The position numbers were made by a program, and so were the translations under genes. A stretch of 64,000 nt of DNA from Pseudomonadota bacterium (GTDB lineage: Bacteria; Desulfobacterota; Desulfobulbia; Desulfobulbales; SURF-16), in NCBI GenBank assembly GCA_018897105.1, contig JAHILF010000053.1, forward strand, positions 62,056 to 126,055, in the 5' to 3' direction. Below, piece by piece: positions 1 through 9,161 of the stretch (position 1 is its first letter; each line of letters begins with the position of its first letter). Under the pieces are notes generated by a model that did not search any database, had not been told where the DNA came from, and was given only the letters and a program-made list of their open reading frames with translations.

Positions 1-397
1 CAGCAAGCATCATCAGCTTATTGACATCCTTGATTTCATGGGGAGTTTCTCCCTTGGCAGTGGCAATGAAACCCTTCACCATTTCCCGGGCATGGTCCGT
101 GTGGGCTGCCGATCCGCCGGCAATGGTGCGGGCAAAATTTCGAGCTACCACCGTGTCCGCTGTGGCGCCGCAGATGCCTATCATTTCGTCCACCCCATCA
201 ATGATCTGACATGGTCCCATATTGCAGTTACGGCAACAGGTTCCGGTGGAACCGAAGAGACAGGCCGACATGCCGCGCATTCTTACCCGGTCGTAGGCGG
301 TAATGACATTTTTTGCCAAGTCCTGGGAGAGGACACTTTTGGTGGAGGTGCAGGTTATCTCTGTACAGCTTTCACATCCGTTTCTTGAGATTGCCAT
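1..397 (-). CDS. cooS: Anaerobic carbon-monoxide dehydrogenase catalytic subunit (CooS/AcsA), 5' part; runs off the window start
   Basis: Not in the ORF track. Manual minus-strand translation from ATG at 397 gives MAISRNGCESC...ACLFGSTGTCCRNCNMGPCQI...GICGATADTVVARNFARTIAGGSAAHTDHARE, which contains the Ni,Fe-CODH D/B-cluster Cys pattern and the AAHxDH motif. It starts 19 bp after the folD stop. Confidence 0.93.
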   Translation of the reverse strand, partial: MAISRNGCESCTEITCTSTKSVLSQDLAKNVITAYDRVRMRGMSACLFGSTGTCCRNCNMGPCQIIDGVDEMIGICGATADTVVARNFARTIAGGSAAHTDHAREMVKGFIATAKGETPHEIKDVNKLMMLA

Positions 398-416
398 ATT
401 TTTTCTCCCTCAAGTG

Positions 417-1304
417 TTATATCAGGCCTGCAGCCTGCTTGGCCGCCTGCAAGGTATTTTTCATTAACATGGTTATGGTCATGGGTCCTACGCCGCCCGG
501 GACAGGGGTAATTGCTGCAGCCTTTTCCTTGACCGCATCAAAATCAACATCACCGGCAAGTATCGCCTTGCCATCCGCTGTTTTACCTATCCGATTGACG
601 CCAACATCGATAACCACCACCCCGTCTTTGACCATATCAGCGGTGACCATTTTAGGCACACCCACTGCGGCGATGATGATGTCGGCGCGTTTGGTATGGG
701 CCGCCATGTCTTTAGTGCGGGTATGGCAGATAGTGACCGTGGCGTTGCCGCCGTCCCGTTTCTGCAGCATGAGGTTACTGATCGGTTTACCGACGATATT
801 GCTGCGGCCGATGACAACCACCTCGGCCCCACTTGTATTGACACCGCTGCGGGTCAGAAGTTCAAGGATGCCATGGGGTGTACAGGGAAGATAGCATTGT
901 TCCCCCAACACCATCTTGCCGACATTGACAGGATGAAAGCCGTCCACATCCTTATCCGGGTTGATGGTATAAAGAACCTTCGCTTCATTGATATGTTTCG
1001 GCAGGGGAAGCTGGACCAGAATGCCATGAATTTTATCATCATTATTGTATTTCTCAATCAGATTGAGAAGTTCCTGCTCACTCGTATCTGCGGCAAGTGT
1101 CACCTGCTCCGAGTGAATACCCAGGGCATGAGCGGTTTTATTTTTGGCGGACACGTAAGACTGGGAAGCCGGGTCCTCACCGACAAGAATGGTCACCAGT
1201 CCTGGCACCACATTGTGCTTTTCCTTCAACTCGGCAATTTCTATTTTGAGTTCCTCGCGAATGGCTTTAGCGGTCTCGGTCCCGCTGATAATTTTTGCTG
1301 TCAT
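417..1304 (-). CDS. folD: Bifunctional methylene-THF dehydrogenase/cyclohydrolase
   Basis: Motifs YVSAKNK, HGILVQLPLP, KDVDGFHPVN, PCTPHG, VVIGRSNIVGKP, TPVPGGVGPMT. The ATG at 1304 follows AAGGAG. Confidence 0.97.
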   Translation of the reverse strand: MTAKIISGTETAKAIREELKIEIAELKEKHNVVPGLVTILVGEDPASQSYVSAKNKTAHALGIHSEQVTLAADTSEQELLNLIEKYNNDDKIHGILVQLPLPKHINEAKVLYTINPDKDVDGFHPVNVGKMVLGEQCYLPCTPHGILELLTRSGVNTSGAEVVVIGRSNIVGKPISNLMLQKRDGGNATVTICHTRTKDMAAHTKRADIIIAAVGVPKMVTADMVKDGVVVIDVGVNRIGKTADGKAILAGDVDFDAVKEKAAAITPVPGGVGPMTITMLMKNTLQAAKQAAGLI

Positions 1305-1531
1305 TATCACTCCTTAGTGGAAAAGAAACATAAATGAAAAAAAAATGAATATGGAAAAAGTGTTGTGTCCGCTGTGATTTGCCTGGGGAAAGCAGAAAGA
1401 TTAGCTAAACTGAGTTAAATATCTTAGTGAACTCAAGCCGGTTTTGCAAGGGATTTATGGCTATTTTAAGAAGAATACGACAAAATAAAGGTTTAAATTC
1501 CAAATAGTTAGGTAATACTACCTAGTGGATA

Positions 1532-3748
1532 TTACCTGCCCCGGCTCTCGGCAAGCTTAACGATGATATCATTGGCCTGACCGAGGCGGGTGACAAGTGT
1601 CTTGAAGAAATGTTTGGCAACCTGGGGATGTTTTTCAATGATCTCCATAATTTTATCGCCGGGGAAACGTTTGATGGCAGATCTTCCTTTGGAGAGGATG
1701 GATGCGGAACGAGCCACTCCCGAAATCGCCGACATCTCCCCGAAATATTCGTTGGGCTCAGTGATTTCAGCAATTTTTTTTCCATCCTTGACCACCATCA
1801 GTGCCCCCTGGATCAACTGGAAAAAATCAATGTCGGTATTGCCCTGGCGGATAATGACATCGCCGTCCTCATATCTTTCCATATCCGGGTTGACGAGATA
1901 GGCAGGCAGACTCTCTTCGGTTATGACGGTTTTCTTCAGTACCTCATCAAGACTGGTTACCCCCTGAATCGCCTTGAGTATGGCGGCATTGCGCAGAGGA
2001 ATCATGCCTTCCTGGATAGCCACCTTGCGCAGCTGATCCTCAGGCACCTCTGCACTGATGGCCTTGGCAACCTCATCGGTAATCTCCATCAGCTCAAAAA
2101 AACCGACCCTGCCTTTATATCCGCCTCCCCGGCAGACAGGACATCCCTTGGGGCCATAGAGCTTAAGATTCTTAAGCTGATCTTCCGTGAAACCGATAGC
2201 AAGCAGTTCCTTCGCGTCCGGCAAAGGCACCTCCACCTTGCATTCCTTGCACAGACGGCGTCCCAGCCTCTGGGACTGCACCATGGTAATGGCCGAGGCA
2301 AGCATATAGGGTGGAATGCCGATATCAACCAGACGGCCGATGGTGGCGGCGCAGTCATTGGTATGCAGGGTGGAAAAAACGAGATGTCCCGTCATGGCCG
2401 CCTTGATGGCAATCTCAGCGGTTTCCATGTCACGGATCTCACCAACCATGATGATGTCAGGGTCCTGCCGCAAAAAGGCCTTCAGGGCGGCGGCAAAGGT
2501 CATCCCCACCTCCTGATGGACATTGACCTGGTTAATCCCCCTGAAGTTGAACTCCACCGGATCCTCGGCCGTCAGAATCTTGGTGTCTTCACTGTTGAGC
2601 GAATTCAGGGCGGAATAAAGGGTAACCGTCTTACCGCTACCGGTGGGTCCGGTAACCAGCAGCAGTCCCTGCGGGCGGTTCAGGCAGCGCTTTAAGGTTG
2701 CATAGACATTCGACTCAAAGCCGAGTTTGGTCAGATCGACGTTGAGCGAATCTTTATCCAGAATACGGAGAACGATACTTTCGCCAAAAAGGGTGGGCAG
2801 GGTTGAGACACGGAAATCAACCACCTTGTTTTTGCCGATCCGCATTTTGATTCTGCCGTCCTGGGGAACACGGCGTTCAGTGATATCGAGGCTTGAAAGG
2901 ATTTTCACCCTCGAGTTCAAGGCGTTCTTGATACTTAACGGCAGATTCATCGATTTATAGAGGGAGCCATCCAGACGGTAACGGACCTGCAGCGACTTCT
3001 CGTAGGGTTCGATATGGATATCGCTGACCCCGTCCTTAACCGCCTTGATGAGGATACCGTTTACCAGCTTGATAATCGGCGCGTCGGAGGCGGAGAACTC
3101 TTCAGCCTCCCTGCCCCCGTCACTCTCGATGGCCATATCTTCGGCGGCTTCCGAGGCCAGTGTACCAAAGTCATCAATACTGGTGACATCGTCCTCTTCC
3201 TCGTCTATTTGATCATCAGCACCGGTCAGCTTGCTGAATTCCTCATCACTGATCTTGTAATATTTCTTATACGCATCGAAAATATCGTTTTCCGTGGAGA
3301 CACAGACGGACAAAACCATTTTCATTTCCGACTGGAGCTCTTCTACAGCACTGGTGTCTGTCGGCTCAGCCATGGTAATCTGCAGCGTCTTACCGGTAAG
3401 ACGGAGAGGAAGGGCGCAATATTTTTTGACGATATCAAACGGGATGGTTTTGAAAATTTCCGGGTTAGGGGGGTCCTTTTTGATATCGACGGATGGAAAA
3501 TTATGGATTCGACTCAGAACATTGAGGATCGTCGAGTCTTCTATGTAGCCGAGCTTGATGAGAATACTACCCAGCCGCTGGCCGGATTTCTTCTGGATGG
3601 CAAGGGCTTCCTCGAGCTGGGTATTGAGAATATGCCCTTCTCTTCTAAGCACCTCGCCGATCTTGGTCTTGCCTGCTCCGGACTGGTCTTTGACCGTTGT
3701 TCTGAAGCCGGCTTTTTTATCAATTATTTTCTGTGCGGGAAGCGCCAT
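1532..3748 (-). CDS. pilB: PilB/GspE-family pilus assembly ATPase with N-terminal MshEN repeats and C-terminal cyclic-nucleotide-binding domain
   Basis: Walker A GPTGSGKT, Asp box AEDPVE, LRQDPDIIMVGEIRD, His box STLHTND, Zn motif CKEC...CPVC. The N-terminus has KIGEVL..G/RLGSIL..LG and the C-terminus has FGEMSAISGVARSAS. Confidence 0.9.
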   Translation of the reverse strand: MALPAQKIIDKKAGFRTTVKDQSGAGKTKIGEVLRREGHILNTQLEEALAIQKKSGQRLGSILIKLGYIEDSTILNVLSRIHNFPSVDIKKDPPNPEIFKTIPFDIVKKYCALPLRLTGKTLQITMAEPTDTSAVEELQSEMKMVLSVCVSTENDIFDAYKKYYKISDEEFSKLTGADDQIDEEEDDVTSIDDFGTLASEAAEDMAIESDGGREAEEFSASDAPIIKLVNGILIKAVKDGVSDIHIEPYEKSLQVRYRLDGSLYKSMNLPLSIKNALNSRVKILSSLDITERRVPQDGRIKMRIGKNKVVDFRVSTLPTLFGESIVLRILDKDSLNVDLTKLGFESNVYATLKRCLNRPQGLLLVTGPTGSGKTVTLYSALNSLNSEDTKILTAEDPVEFNFRGINQVNVHQEVGMTFAAALKAFLRQDPDIIMVGEIRDMETAEIAIKAAMTGHLVFSTLHTNDCAATIGRLVDIGIPPYMLASAITMVQSQRLGRRLCKECKVEVPLPDAKELLAIGFTEDQLKNLKLYGPKGCPVCRGGGYKGRVGFFELMEITDEVAKAISAEVPEDQLRKVAIQEGMIPLRNAAILKAIQGVTSLDEVLKKTVITEESLPAYLVNPDMERYEDGDVIIRQGNTDIDFFQLIQGALMVVKDGKKIAEITEPNEYFGEMSAISGVARSASILSKGRSAIKRFPGDKIMEIIEKHPQVAKHFFKTLVTRLGQANDIIVKLAESRGR

Positions 3749-3844
3749 ATGTCAAAAGTGGTGGAGGTTATTTGAAAGTATTTTTTATATTAGCTTATTA
3801 TAGTGGGCATAACAACTTTTTCACATATTGATCCGCTGGGAAGT

Positions 3845-3893
3845 AACAAAAAAGGCGATACCGGGGAGCGCAAACTCCCGTCAGTATCGCCTT
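3845..3893 (-). terminator. Rho-independent terminator downstream of fhs
   Basis: 10-bp stem AAGGCGATAC/GTATCGCCTT encloses an inner GGGAG/CTCCC hairpin and is followed by a T-tract on the minus strand, 23 bp after the fhs stop. Confidence 0.75.
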
Positions 3894-3916
3894 GGTTGCC
3901 TTTAGTAACTTTTCTA

Positions 3917-5680
3917 TCAGAAAACGCCTTTCACCTTTCCGGTTTCCACGTCCACGTCAATACGACGATAGGCAGGATCTGATGCCGTACCGGGCATCAG
4001 ACTGATGGCCCCGGCAACAGGAACGACAAAACCGGCACCTTTATAGGTGAGAATATCACGGATCGGCAGGGTCCAGCCTTTGGGCACACCTTTCAGTCTC
4101 GGCTCATGGGACAGGGAAAGATGGGTCTTCACCATGCAGGTGCCCATCTCCTTCATCTCAGGATCAGCCTCCATTCGTTTCAGCTTGTCCTGGGCCTCAG
4201 GAGTGTAGCTGACACCATCGGCACCATATACATCCTTGGCGATCAACTCAATGCGCTTGCTGAGCGGGGTGTCGAGCTCATAAAGGAACTTGAAGTCATT
4301 TTTTTCCTCGCAGGCGTCCACCACCGCATCGGCAAATTCAAGGGCTCCGTCACCGCCGTGCTCCCAATGGCGCGACAGGGCAACCCTGGCGCCTGCCGCC
4401 TCGCCGAGGCGGCGTACCGCTTTGATCTCTTCGTCCGTATCGGCATAGAAGGCATTGATACAGACAACAGGATTGATGCCGGCCTTTTTCACTGTCTGGA
4501 TATGGTGGATGAGATTTTGGCAGCCGTCCTCAACCCAGCCGACATTTTCTTTCTTGTATTCTTCGGGCATGGGCTTGCCGGGAACCGGAATCGGTGCCCC
4601 GCCATGGCATTTGAGCGCCCTGATGGTGGCAACAATCACCGCGCAATTGGGTTTCAGCTTGCTATACCGACATTTAAGGTTCCAGAATTTCTCAAAACCG
4701 ATGTCTGCGCCGAAGCCGCTTTCGGTCACGTTGTAATCCGCGATTTTCAAGGCAACCCGGTCAGCGATAACGGATGACTGACCGATGGCGATGTTGGCAA
4801 AGGGACCCGCATGCACGATAACAGGCTGCCCTTCTATGGTCTGCAGCATATTGGGATTTATGGCCTCAACCATCCAGGCAGTCATGGCGCCGTCCACCTC
4901 AAGGTCAGCTGTGGTGACGGGCCGGTCCTGCCGATCATAGGCGACGACGATCTTACCGATTCTCTCGCGCATGTCTTTCAGGTCGGTGGCGATGGACAGG
5001 ATGGCCATGATCTCGGAACTGACGGCAATGGCGAATTTGGACTGCATGGTAAAGCCATCCATTTTGCCGCCCAGACCGATGGTGATATTTCTCAGCGCCT
5101 GGGCGCAGAAATCGATGATCCAGCCGAATTCAACCTTTTTGGGATGGATATCAAGCCTTCTGAGATTTCTCTTGGCCAACTGCTCATCGGTGTAGTTTGC
5201 CTCATGCTGCATGCGAGAGGTGAGGGCCACCATGCCGAGATTGTGGGCGTTCATAATGGCGTTGATGTCGCCGGTGAGCCCGAGGGAAAACGGCGTCAGC
5301 GGAATACACTGGGCCAGACCGCCGCCGGCGGCGCTGCCCTTGATATTCATGGTGGGACCCCCGGAAGGCTGGCGGATGGCGCCGACAACGCTTTTGTTTC
5401 TTTTGCCGAGCCCCTGAACCAGACCCATGGCGCAGGTGCTCTTACCCTCTCCGAGAGGCGTGGGAGTAATGGCCGTTACGTCAACATATTTTCCGTCAGG
5501 TTTGTCTTTCAACCGGTCAAGAATCTTGCGGTAGTCGAGCTTTGCCACATAATGGCCATGGGGCAGAAGTTCTTCCTTTTCAAGTCCGAGCTTTTCCGCG
5601 AGTTCGTAAACCGTCTTCATATTCTTTTCAGCATCTTCGGCAATTTCCCAATCTGCGTGCTTTGTTGGATCAAGAACCAT
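3917..5680 (-). CDS. fhs: Formate-tetrahydrofolate ligase
   Basis: Motifs [53 protein letters not shown]. The start is placed at ATG 5680 after GGAGG; the longer ORF-track N-terminus runs into a repeat element. Confidence 0.97.
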   Translation of the reverse strand: MVLDPTKHADWEIAEDAEKNMKTVYELAEKLGLEKEELLPHGHYVAKLDYRKILDRLKDKPDGKYVDVTAITPTPLGEGKSTCAMGLVQGLGKRNKSVVGAIRQPSGGPTMNIKGSAAGGGLAQCIPLTPFSLGLTGDINAIMNAHNLGMVALTSRMQHEANYTDEQLAKRNLRRLDIHPKKVEFGWIIDFCAQALRNITIGLGGKMDGFTMQSKFAIAVSSEIMAILSIATDLKDMRERIGKIVVAYDRQDRPVTTADLEVDGAMTAWMVEAINPNMLQTIEGQPVIVHAGPFANIAIGQSSVIADRVALKIADYNVTESGFGADIGFEKFWNLKCRYSKLKPNCAVIVATIRALKCHGGAPIPVPGKPMPEEYKKENVGWVEDGCQNLIHHIQTVKKAGINPVVCINAFYADTDEEIKAVRRLGEAAGARVALSRHWEHGGDGALEFADAVVDACEEKNDFKFLYELDTPLSKRIELIAKDVYGADGVSYTPEAQDKLKRMEADPEMKEMGTCMVKTHLSLSHEPRLKGVPKGWTLPIRDILTYKGAGFVVPVAGAISLMPGTASDPAYRRIDVDVETGKVKGVF

Positions 5681-5715
5681 CACTTCCTCCTTCTCATGAC
5701 AATTTAATAAATGAT

Positions 5716-5828
5716 AAGCCTCTTGCAAAAGTTTCATTTTGTCATTCCCGAGGCGGTTGTCGGGAATCCAGCTCAAAGTACTCTACACTCCCGAAAATCC
5801 TGGCATGAACGAATTTTGCAATAAGCTC
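5716..5828. mobile_element. 113-bp MITE-like element with a REP-like core
   Basis: Imperfect terminal inverted repeats AAGCCTCTTGCAAAA / TTTTGCAATAAGCTC are flanked on both sides by TGAT (4-bp duplication). The interior has a GTCATTCCCG...CGGGAATCC hairpin, and the terminus matches the element at 42159. Confidence 0.7.
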
Positions 5829-5935
5829 TGATATTTGGCAATTACGGCAATTTTTGGACGCACGTCTCCCGTGGTACCGGCTGGAGACAATAGTCAATAC
5901 TACATTATTTTTGTTAAAACAATCGGCAGAAATAC

Positions 5936-6889
5936 TTATTTTTCAGGAGTCAAGTACGCAAAAACAGAAGGAAAGACAATTTTGAAATCTTCGAGCAGTG
6001 GTATCATCACTTCCCGCATGGAGGGATCGGCACCCTTGGAAGTGCGCAGTTTAAACATATGGAGCCATTGGAGAAGATTCCCATAGACGATCAGCTCGGT
6101 TTTACAGGAATTGGGCAGGACGGTTCTGGCGGCTTGGGGGGTTGATGTTTCAAGCAGCTTGACATACAATTTTTCAGTCTCAAGCATGGCGGTTTCCCAG
6201 AGTTGGTACTCAGCACTGCCTTCCTCGTAAAAAAGAGGTTTGATGAATGTCACCTGGCTGCCGAATTTACTGTCACTATAGCGGCAGTAACGCTGACTCT
6301 CCTGAAGAAAGCTGCAGGGGCGATGCCTTACCATTTCATGGGTGACGGCCCGATTAACGATAAATCTTACCGCAATATAGCGATGCTTGGCCAGCAGATC
6401 ACTTGACAGGGCATCAACCTCGTCCAGCGGCAATTTTTCCACCAGCACCCCTTCCTGCAGCAGCAAGCCCCTTTTCGGCAGAATATCTTCAAAAAAAAGA
6501 GGATGCCTTTCCGCCAGATAATGGGTGATACCCTTGACGATCTTGAGGTTGGCGTGCCCCTGAAAAAGCTCACGGAAGGCCCGGACTGAACCGCTGACCA
6601 GCAGGATCTTTTTTTCCATTCGGTCAATCTGCAGAAATTTGGGCAGCACGGAAAAAAGCTGGGCCACATGCGATTCACGATCAACATCAATTTTTAACGT
6701 CAAAACAGCCATTTCGGCCACAGAGTTATGGCCGTGCTTTAATATCCTGCGGATAAAGGGAGGTGCGGAATCGGCGCTGATCTTATCTTCGCTTTTATAG
6801 CAGAGACGCCCGCAGGCCTCAATGCGCACGGCCAGGCTTTGCTGATCAAGATCCGTAAGAATTTCATAGGATGGAGGAATGACTTTCAT
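5936..6889 (-). CDS. thyX: FAD-dependent thymidylate synthase with a long internal insertion
   Basis: GRLCYKSE, HGHNSVAE, ThyX motif RHRPCSFLQESQRY, QAARTVLPN, LRT..ADPSMRE. Confidence 0.92.
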   Translation of the reverse strand: MKVIPPSYEILTDLDQQSLAVRIEACGRLCYKSEDKISADSAPPFIRRILKHGHNSVAEMAVLTLKIDVDRESHVAQLFSVLPKFLQIDRMEKKILLVSGSVRAFRELFQGHANLKIVKGITHYLAERHPLFFEDILPKRGLLLQEGVLVEKLPLDEVDALSSDLLAKHRYIAVRFIVNRAVTHEMVRHRPCSFLQESQRYCRYSDSKFGSQVTFIKPLFYEEGSAEYQLWETAMLETEKLYVKLLETSTPQAARTVLPNSCKTELIVYGNLLQWLHMFKLRTSKGADPSMREVMIPLLEDFKIVFPSVFAYLTPEK

Positions 6890-6908
6890 GGCTGTTAATA
6901 CCTTCTGT

Positions 6909-6975
6909 GGGGCGGTTCCGAACCGCCCTTATCTCAAAAAAAATGTTTCTCTGTGATCTCTGCGTGCTCCGTGGT
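6909..6975. repeat. Intergenic REP-like hairpin plus a CTCTGTG-type repeat arm
   Basis: GGGCGGTT-ccg-AACCGCCC perfect 8-bp stem, followed by CTCTGTGATCTCTGCGTGCTCCGTGG, which resembles the arm at 14522-14547. Confidence 0.55.
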
Positions 6976-7004
6976 GAAAAATAAACTTTTCAGGAGTGGA
7001 TCAA

Positions 7005-8186
7005 TTATTTGCTCTGCCAGAAAGGCGACATCTCCCGCAGGTTGGCGATGATGGCCGGCATTTTATCCAGCACGAAATCCACCTCTTCCTCATTATTATA
7101 GACACTGAGGCTGTAACGGATCGAACCGTGGGCGGCAGTAAACGGCACCCCCATGGCACGCAGGACGTGGGACGGCTCAAGCGAGCCGGAAGTACAGGCA
7201 GAGCCTGATGAGGCACAGATGCCGAATCTGTCCATATGCAGCAGGATCGCCTCCCCTTCCACATACTCAAAACTGACATTTGCGGTATTGGGCAGGCGCT
7301 GGGTTTTGTGGCCGTTGAGTAAGGCATTGGGAATATTTTCAAGGAGCCCTTTTTCCAGCTTGTCGCGCAGAGCCCTGACCGTGGTGTTTTCTTCGGTAAT
7401 ATGGCGGGCGGCAAGCTCACAGGCCCTACCCAGTCCGATGAGGGACGCGACATTTTCCGTACCGCCCCTGCGGCCATGCTCCTGGTGTCCACCGATAAGA
7501 AAGGGCACAAAAGGCGTTCTCTTTCTGACATAAAGCACCCCTATGCCTTTGGGGGCATGCAATTTATGGCCTGACAGGGAGAGGAAATCAACCGGGACCG
7601 TGGACAGATCAATAGGGATTTTCCCCACCGCCTGGACAGCATCGGTATGAAAGAGTACTCCCCGGTTTTTGGCAATCTTCGCCATTTCTTCAATGGGGAA
7701 AATCACCCCGGTTTCATTATTGGCCCACATGACGCTGACAATTGCCGTTTCATCTCCCAGGCTGTCCTCATATCTCTGCAGATCAAGGGTGCCGTCACTC
7801 TCCACCGGCAGTTCGGTAATCCGGTGTTTATGGCCCGTAAGGGAATCAAGGCCCCGGCACAGGTTTTTTACGGCCGGGTGCTCGACCCTGGTGGTGACGA
7901 TGTGCCTTTTCTCCGGTTGGGCCTGAAGCGCGGCAAGTATTGCCGTGGAATCGCTTTCCGTACCACAGCTGGTAAAGATAATTTCTTCAGAATCCGCATT
8001 AATCAACTCGGCAATCTGCTCCCGGGCAGTCCGCACCGCCCTGCCGACCTGTCCACCGAAAGTGTGCATACTGGAAGGATTGCCATACAGTTCCGAAAAA
8101 TAGGGCAGCATGGCCTCAAGAACCTCAGGGGCAACCATGGTGGTTGCATTATTATCCATGTAGATGATTCTGTCCGCACCGCTCAT
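7005..8186 (-). CDS. nifS: Cysteine desulfurase, NifS type
   Basis: YMDNNATT, GNPSSMH, HTDAVQ, PLP lysine in SLSGHKLHAPKG, catalytic SSGSACTS. Confidence 0.95.
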   Translation of the reverse strand: MSGADRIIYMDNNATTMVAPEVLEAMLPYFSELYGNPSSMHTFGGQVGRAVRTAREQIAELINADSEEIIFTSCGTESDSTAILAALQAQPEKRHIVTTRVEHPAVKNLCRGLDSLTGHKHRITELPVESDGTLDLQRYEDSLGDETAIVSVMWANNETGVIFPIEEMAKIAKNRGVLFHTDAVQAVGKIPIDLSTVPVDFLSLSGHKLHAPKGIGVLYVRKRTPFVPFLIGGHQEHGRRGGTENVASLIGLGRACELAARHITEENTTVRALRDKLEKGLLENIPNALLNGHKTQRLPNTANVSFEYVEGEAILLHMDRFGICASSGSACTSGSLEPSHVLRAMGVPFTAAHGSIRYSLSVYNNEEEVDFVLDKMPAIIANLREMSPFWQSK

Positions 8187-9025
8187 ATCTTGCTCTCCTC
8201 AACTATCAAGGTGTCAAGCACCTGCTCCCTGAGTTTTTTCTCGATATATTCCTTCAAGGTCGTCTGGGACTTGCTACAGCTGGCACAGGAGCCCCGCAGC
8301 GAAACAATGACATAATCACCATCCACATCGAGCAACTCCACATCCCCGCCATCCTTTTTCAGGGTCGGCCTGACCTCTCTTTCAAAAACATCCTCGATCA
8401 TCTTGATCTTCTGGATATTGGTCAGCCGCTTGGGCCCGCTCATGGGAATGATCTTCGGCACCCCGGTCTTTCTGACCTCGTTGATCAATTCCTGGATGCG
8501 CTCTTCGCATTTGCCGCAGCCGCCGCCCGCCTTGGTGAAGTTGGTCACCTCCTCCACCGTGCGCAGATTGCTCTCCTCAATGGCCCGTTTGATTTCCAGA
8601 TCGGTGACGCCAAAGCATTCGCAGACAACCTCCCCTTCAGCCATGGGCAGGGCGACTCCCCGGTAGTTGGCGATGGCTGCCTCAAGGGCCTCACGTCCCA
8701 TGACGGAACAGTGCATCTTCTCTTTAGGCAGGCTGCCGAGATAGTCGGCGATATCCTCATTGGTTATCTTGGCGGCCTCTTCCAGATCGAGTCCCTTAAT
8801 CATCTCCGTCAGAGCGGAGGATGAAGCAATGGCACTGGCGCAGCCAAAGGTCTTGAATTTGGCATCAATAATTTTTTGTTTTGCCTCATCAAGTTTGAAG
8901 GTGAGTTTCAAGGCATCGCCACAGGACAGGGAACCAACCTCTCCAATCCCGTCCGGATTTTCGATTTCACCTACATTTCTCGGGTTTAAGAAGTGTTCTT
9001 TGACTTTATCCGAATATTCCCACAT
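8183..9025 (-). CDS. nifU: Fe-S cluster scaffold NifU (IscU-like + BFD-like 2Fe-2S + Nfu domains)
   Basis: CGDALKL/FGCASA/KMHC scaffold cysteines, VCECFGV...GGGCGKC central domain, GGDVEL...GSCASC C-terminal domain. It overlaps nifS by 4 bp. Confidence 0.94.
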   Translation of the reverse strand: MWEYSDKVKEHFLNPRNVGEIENPDGIGEVGSLSCGDALKLTFKLDEAKQKIIDAKFKTFGCASAIASSSALTEMIKGLDLEEAAKITNEDIADYLGSLPKEKMHCSVMGREALEAAIANYRGVALPMAEGEVVCECFGVTDLEIKRAIEESNLRTVEEVTNFTKAGGGCGKCEERIQELINEVRKTGVPKIIPMSGPKRLTNIQKIKMIEDVFEREVRPTLKKDGGDVELLDVDGDYVIVSLRGSCASCSKSQTTLKEYIEKKLREQVLDTLIVEESKI

Positions 9026-9161
9026 AGTTCAAATTCCCTTTCATATGGTAACAATATAATTGTGATTCATACACTGAGACACATCACAGGAGATTATAAG
9101 ATAGAAGAAACAAACATAGTGATTTGCCACACAAAAAGCAACAAATATATGGCCGGGCGGC

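Noticed and set aside
1311-1530. THF or ZTP riboswitch upstream of folD
   Set aside because: I could not find the conserved consensus nucleotides by eye; an Infernal search would be needed to exclude it fully.
5681-5776. ORF-track N-terminal extension of Fhs
   Set aside because: It runs through intergenic and MITE sequence, and a strong SD precedes ATG 5680.
7005-9025. nifS/nifU as evidence of nitrogen fixation
   Set aside because: No nitrogenase genes are in the window, and NIF-type Fe-S assembly pairs serve as housekeeping systems in many anaerobes.
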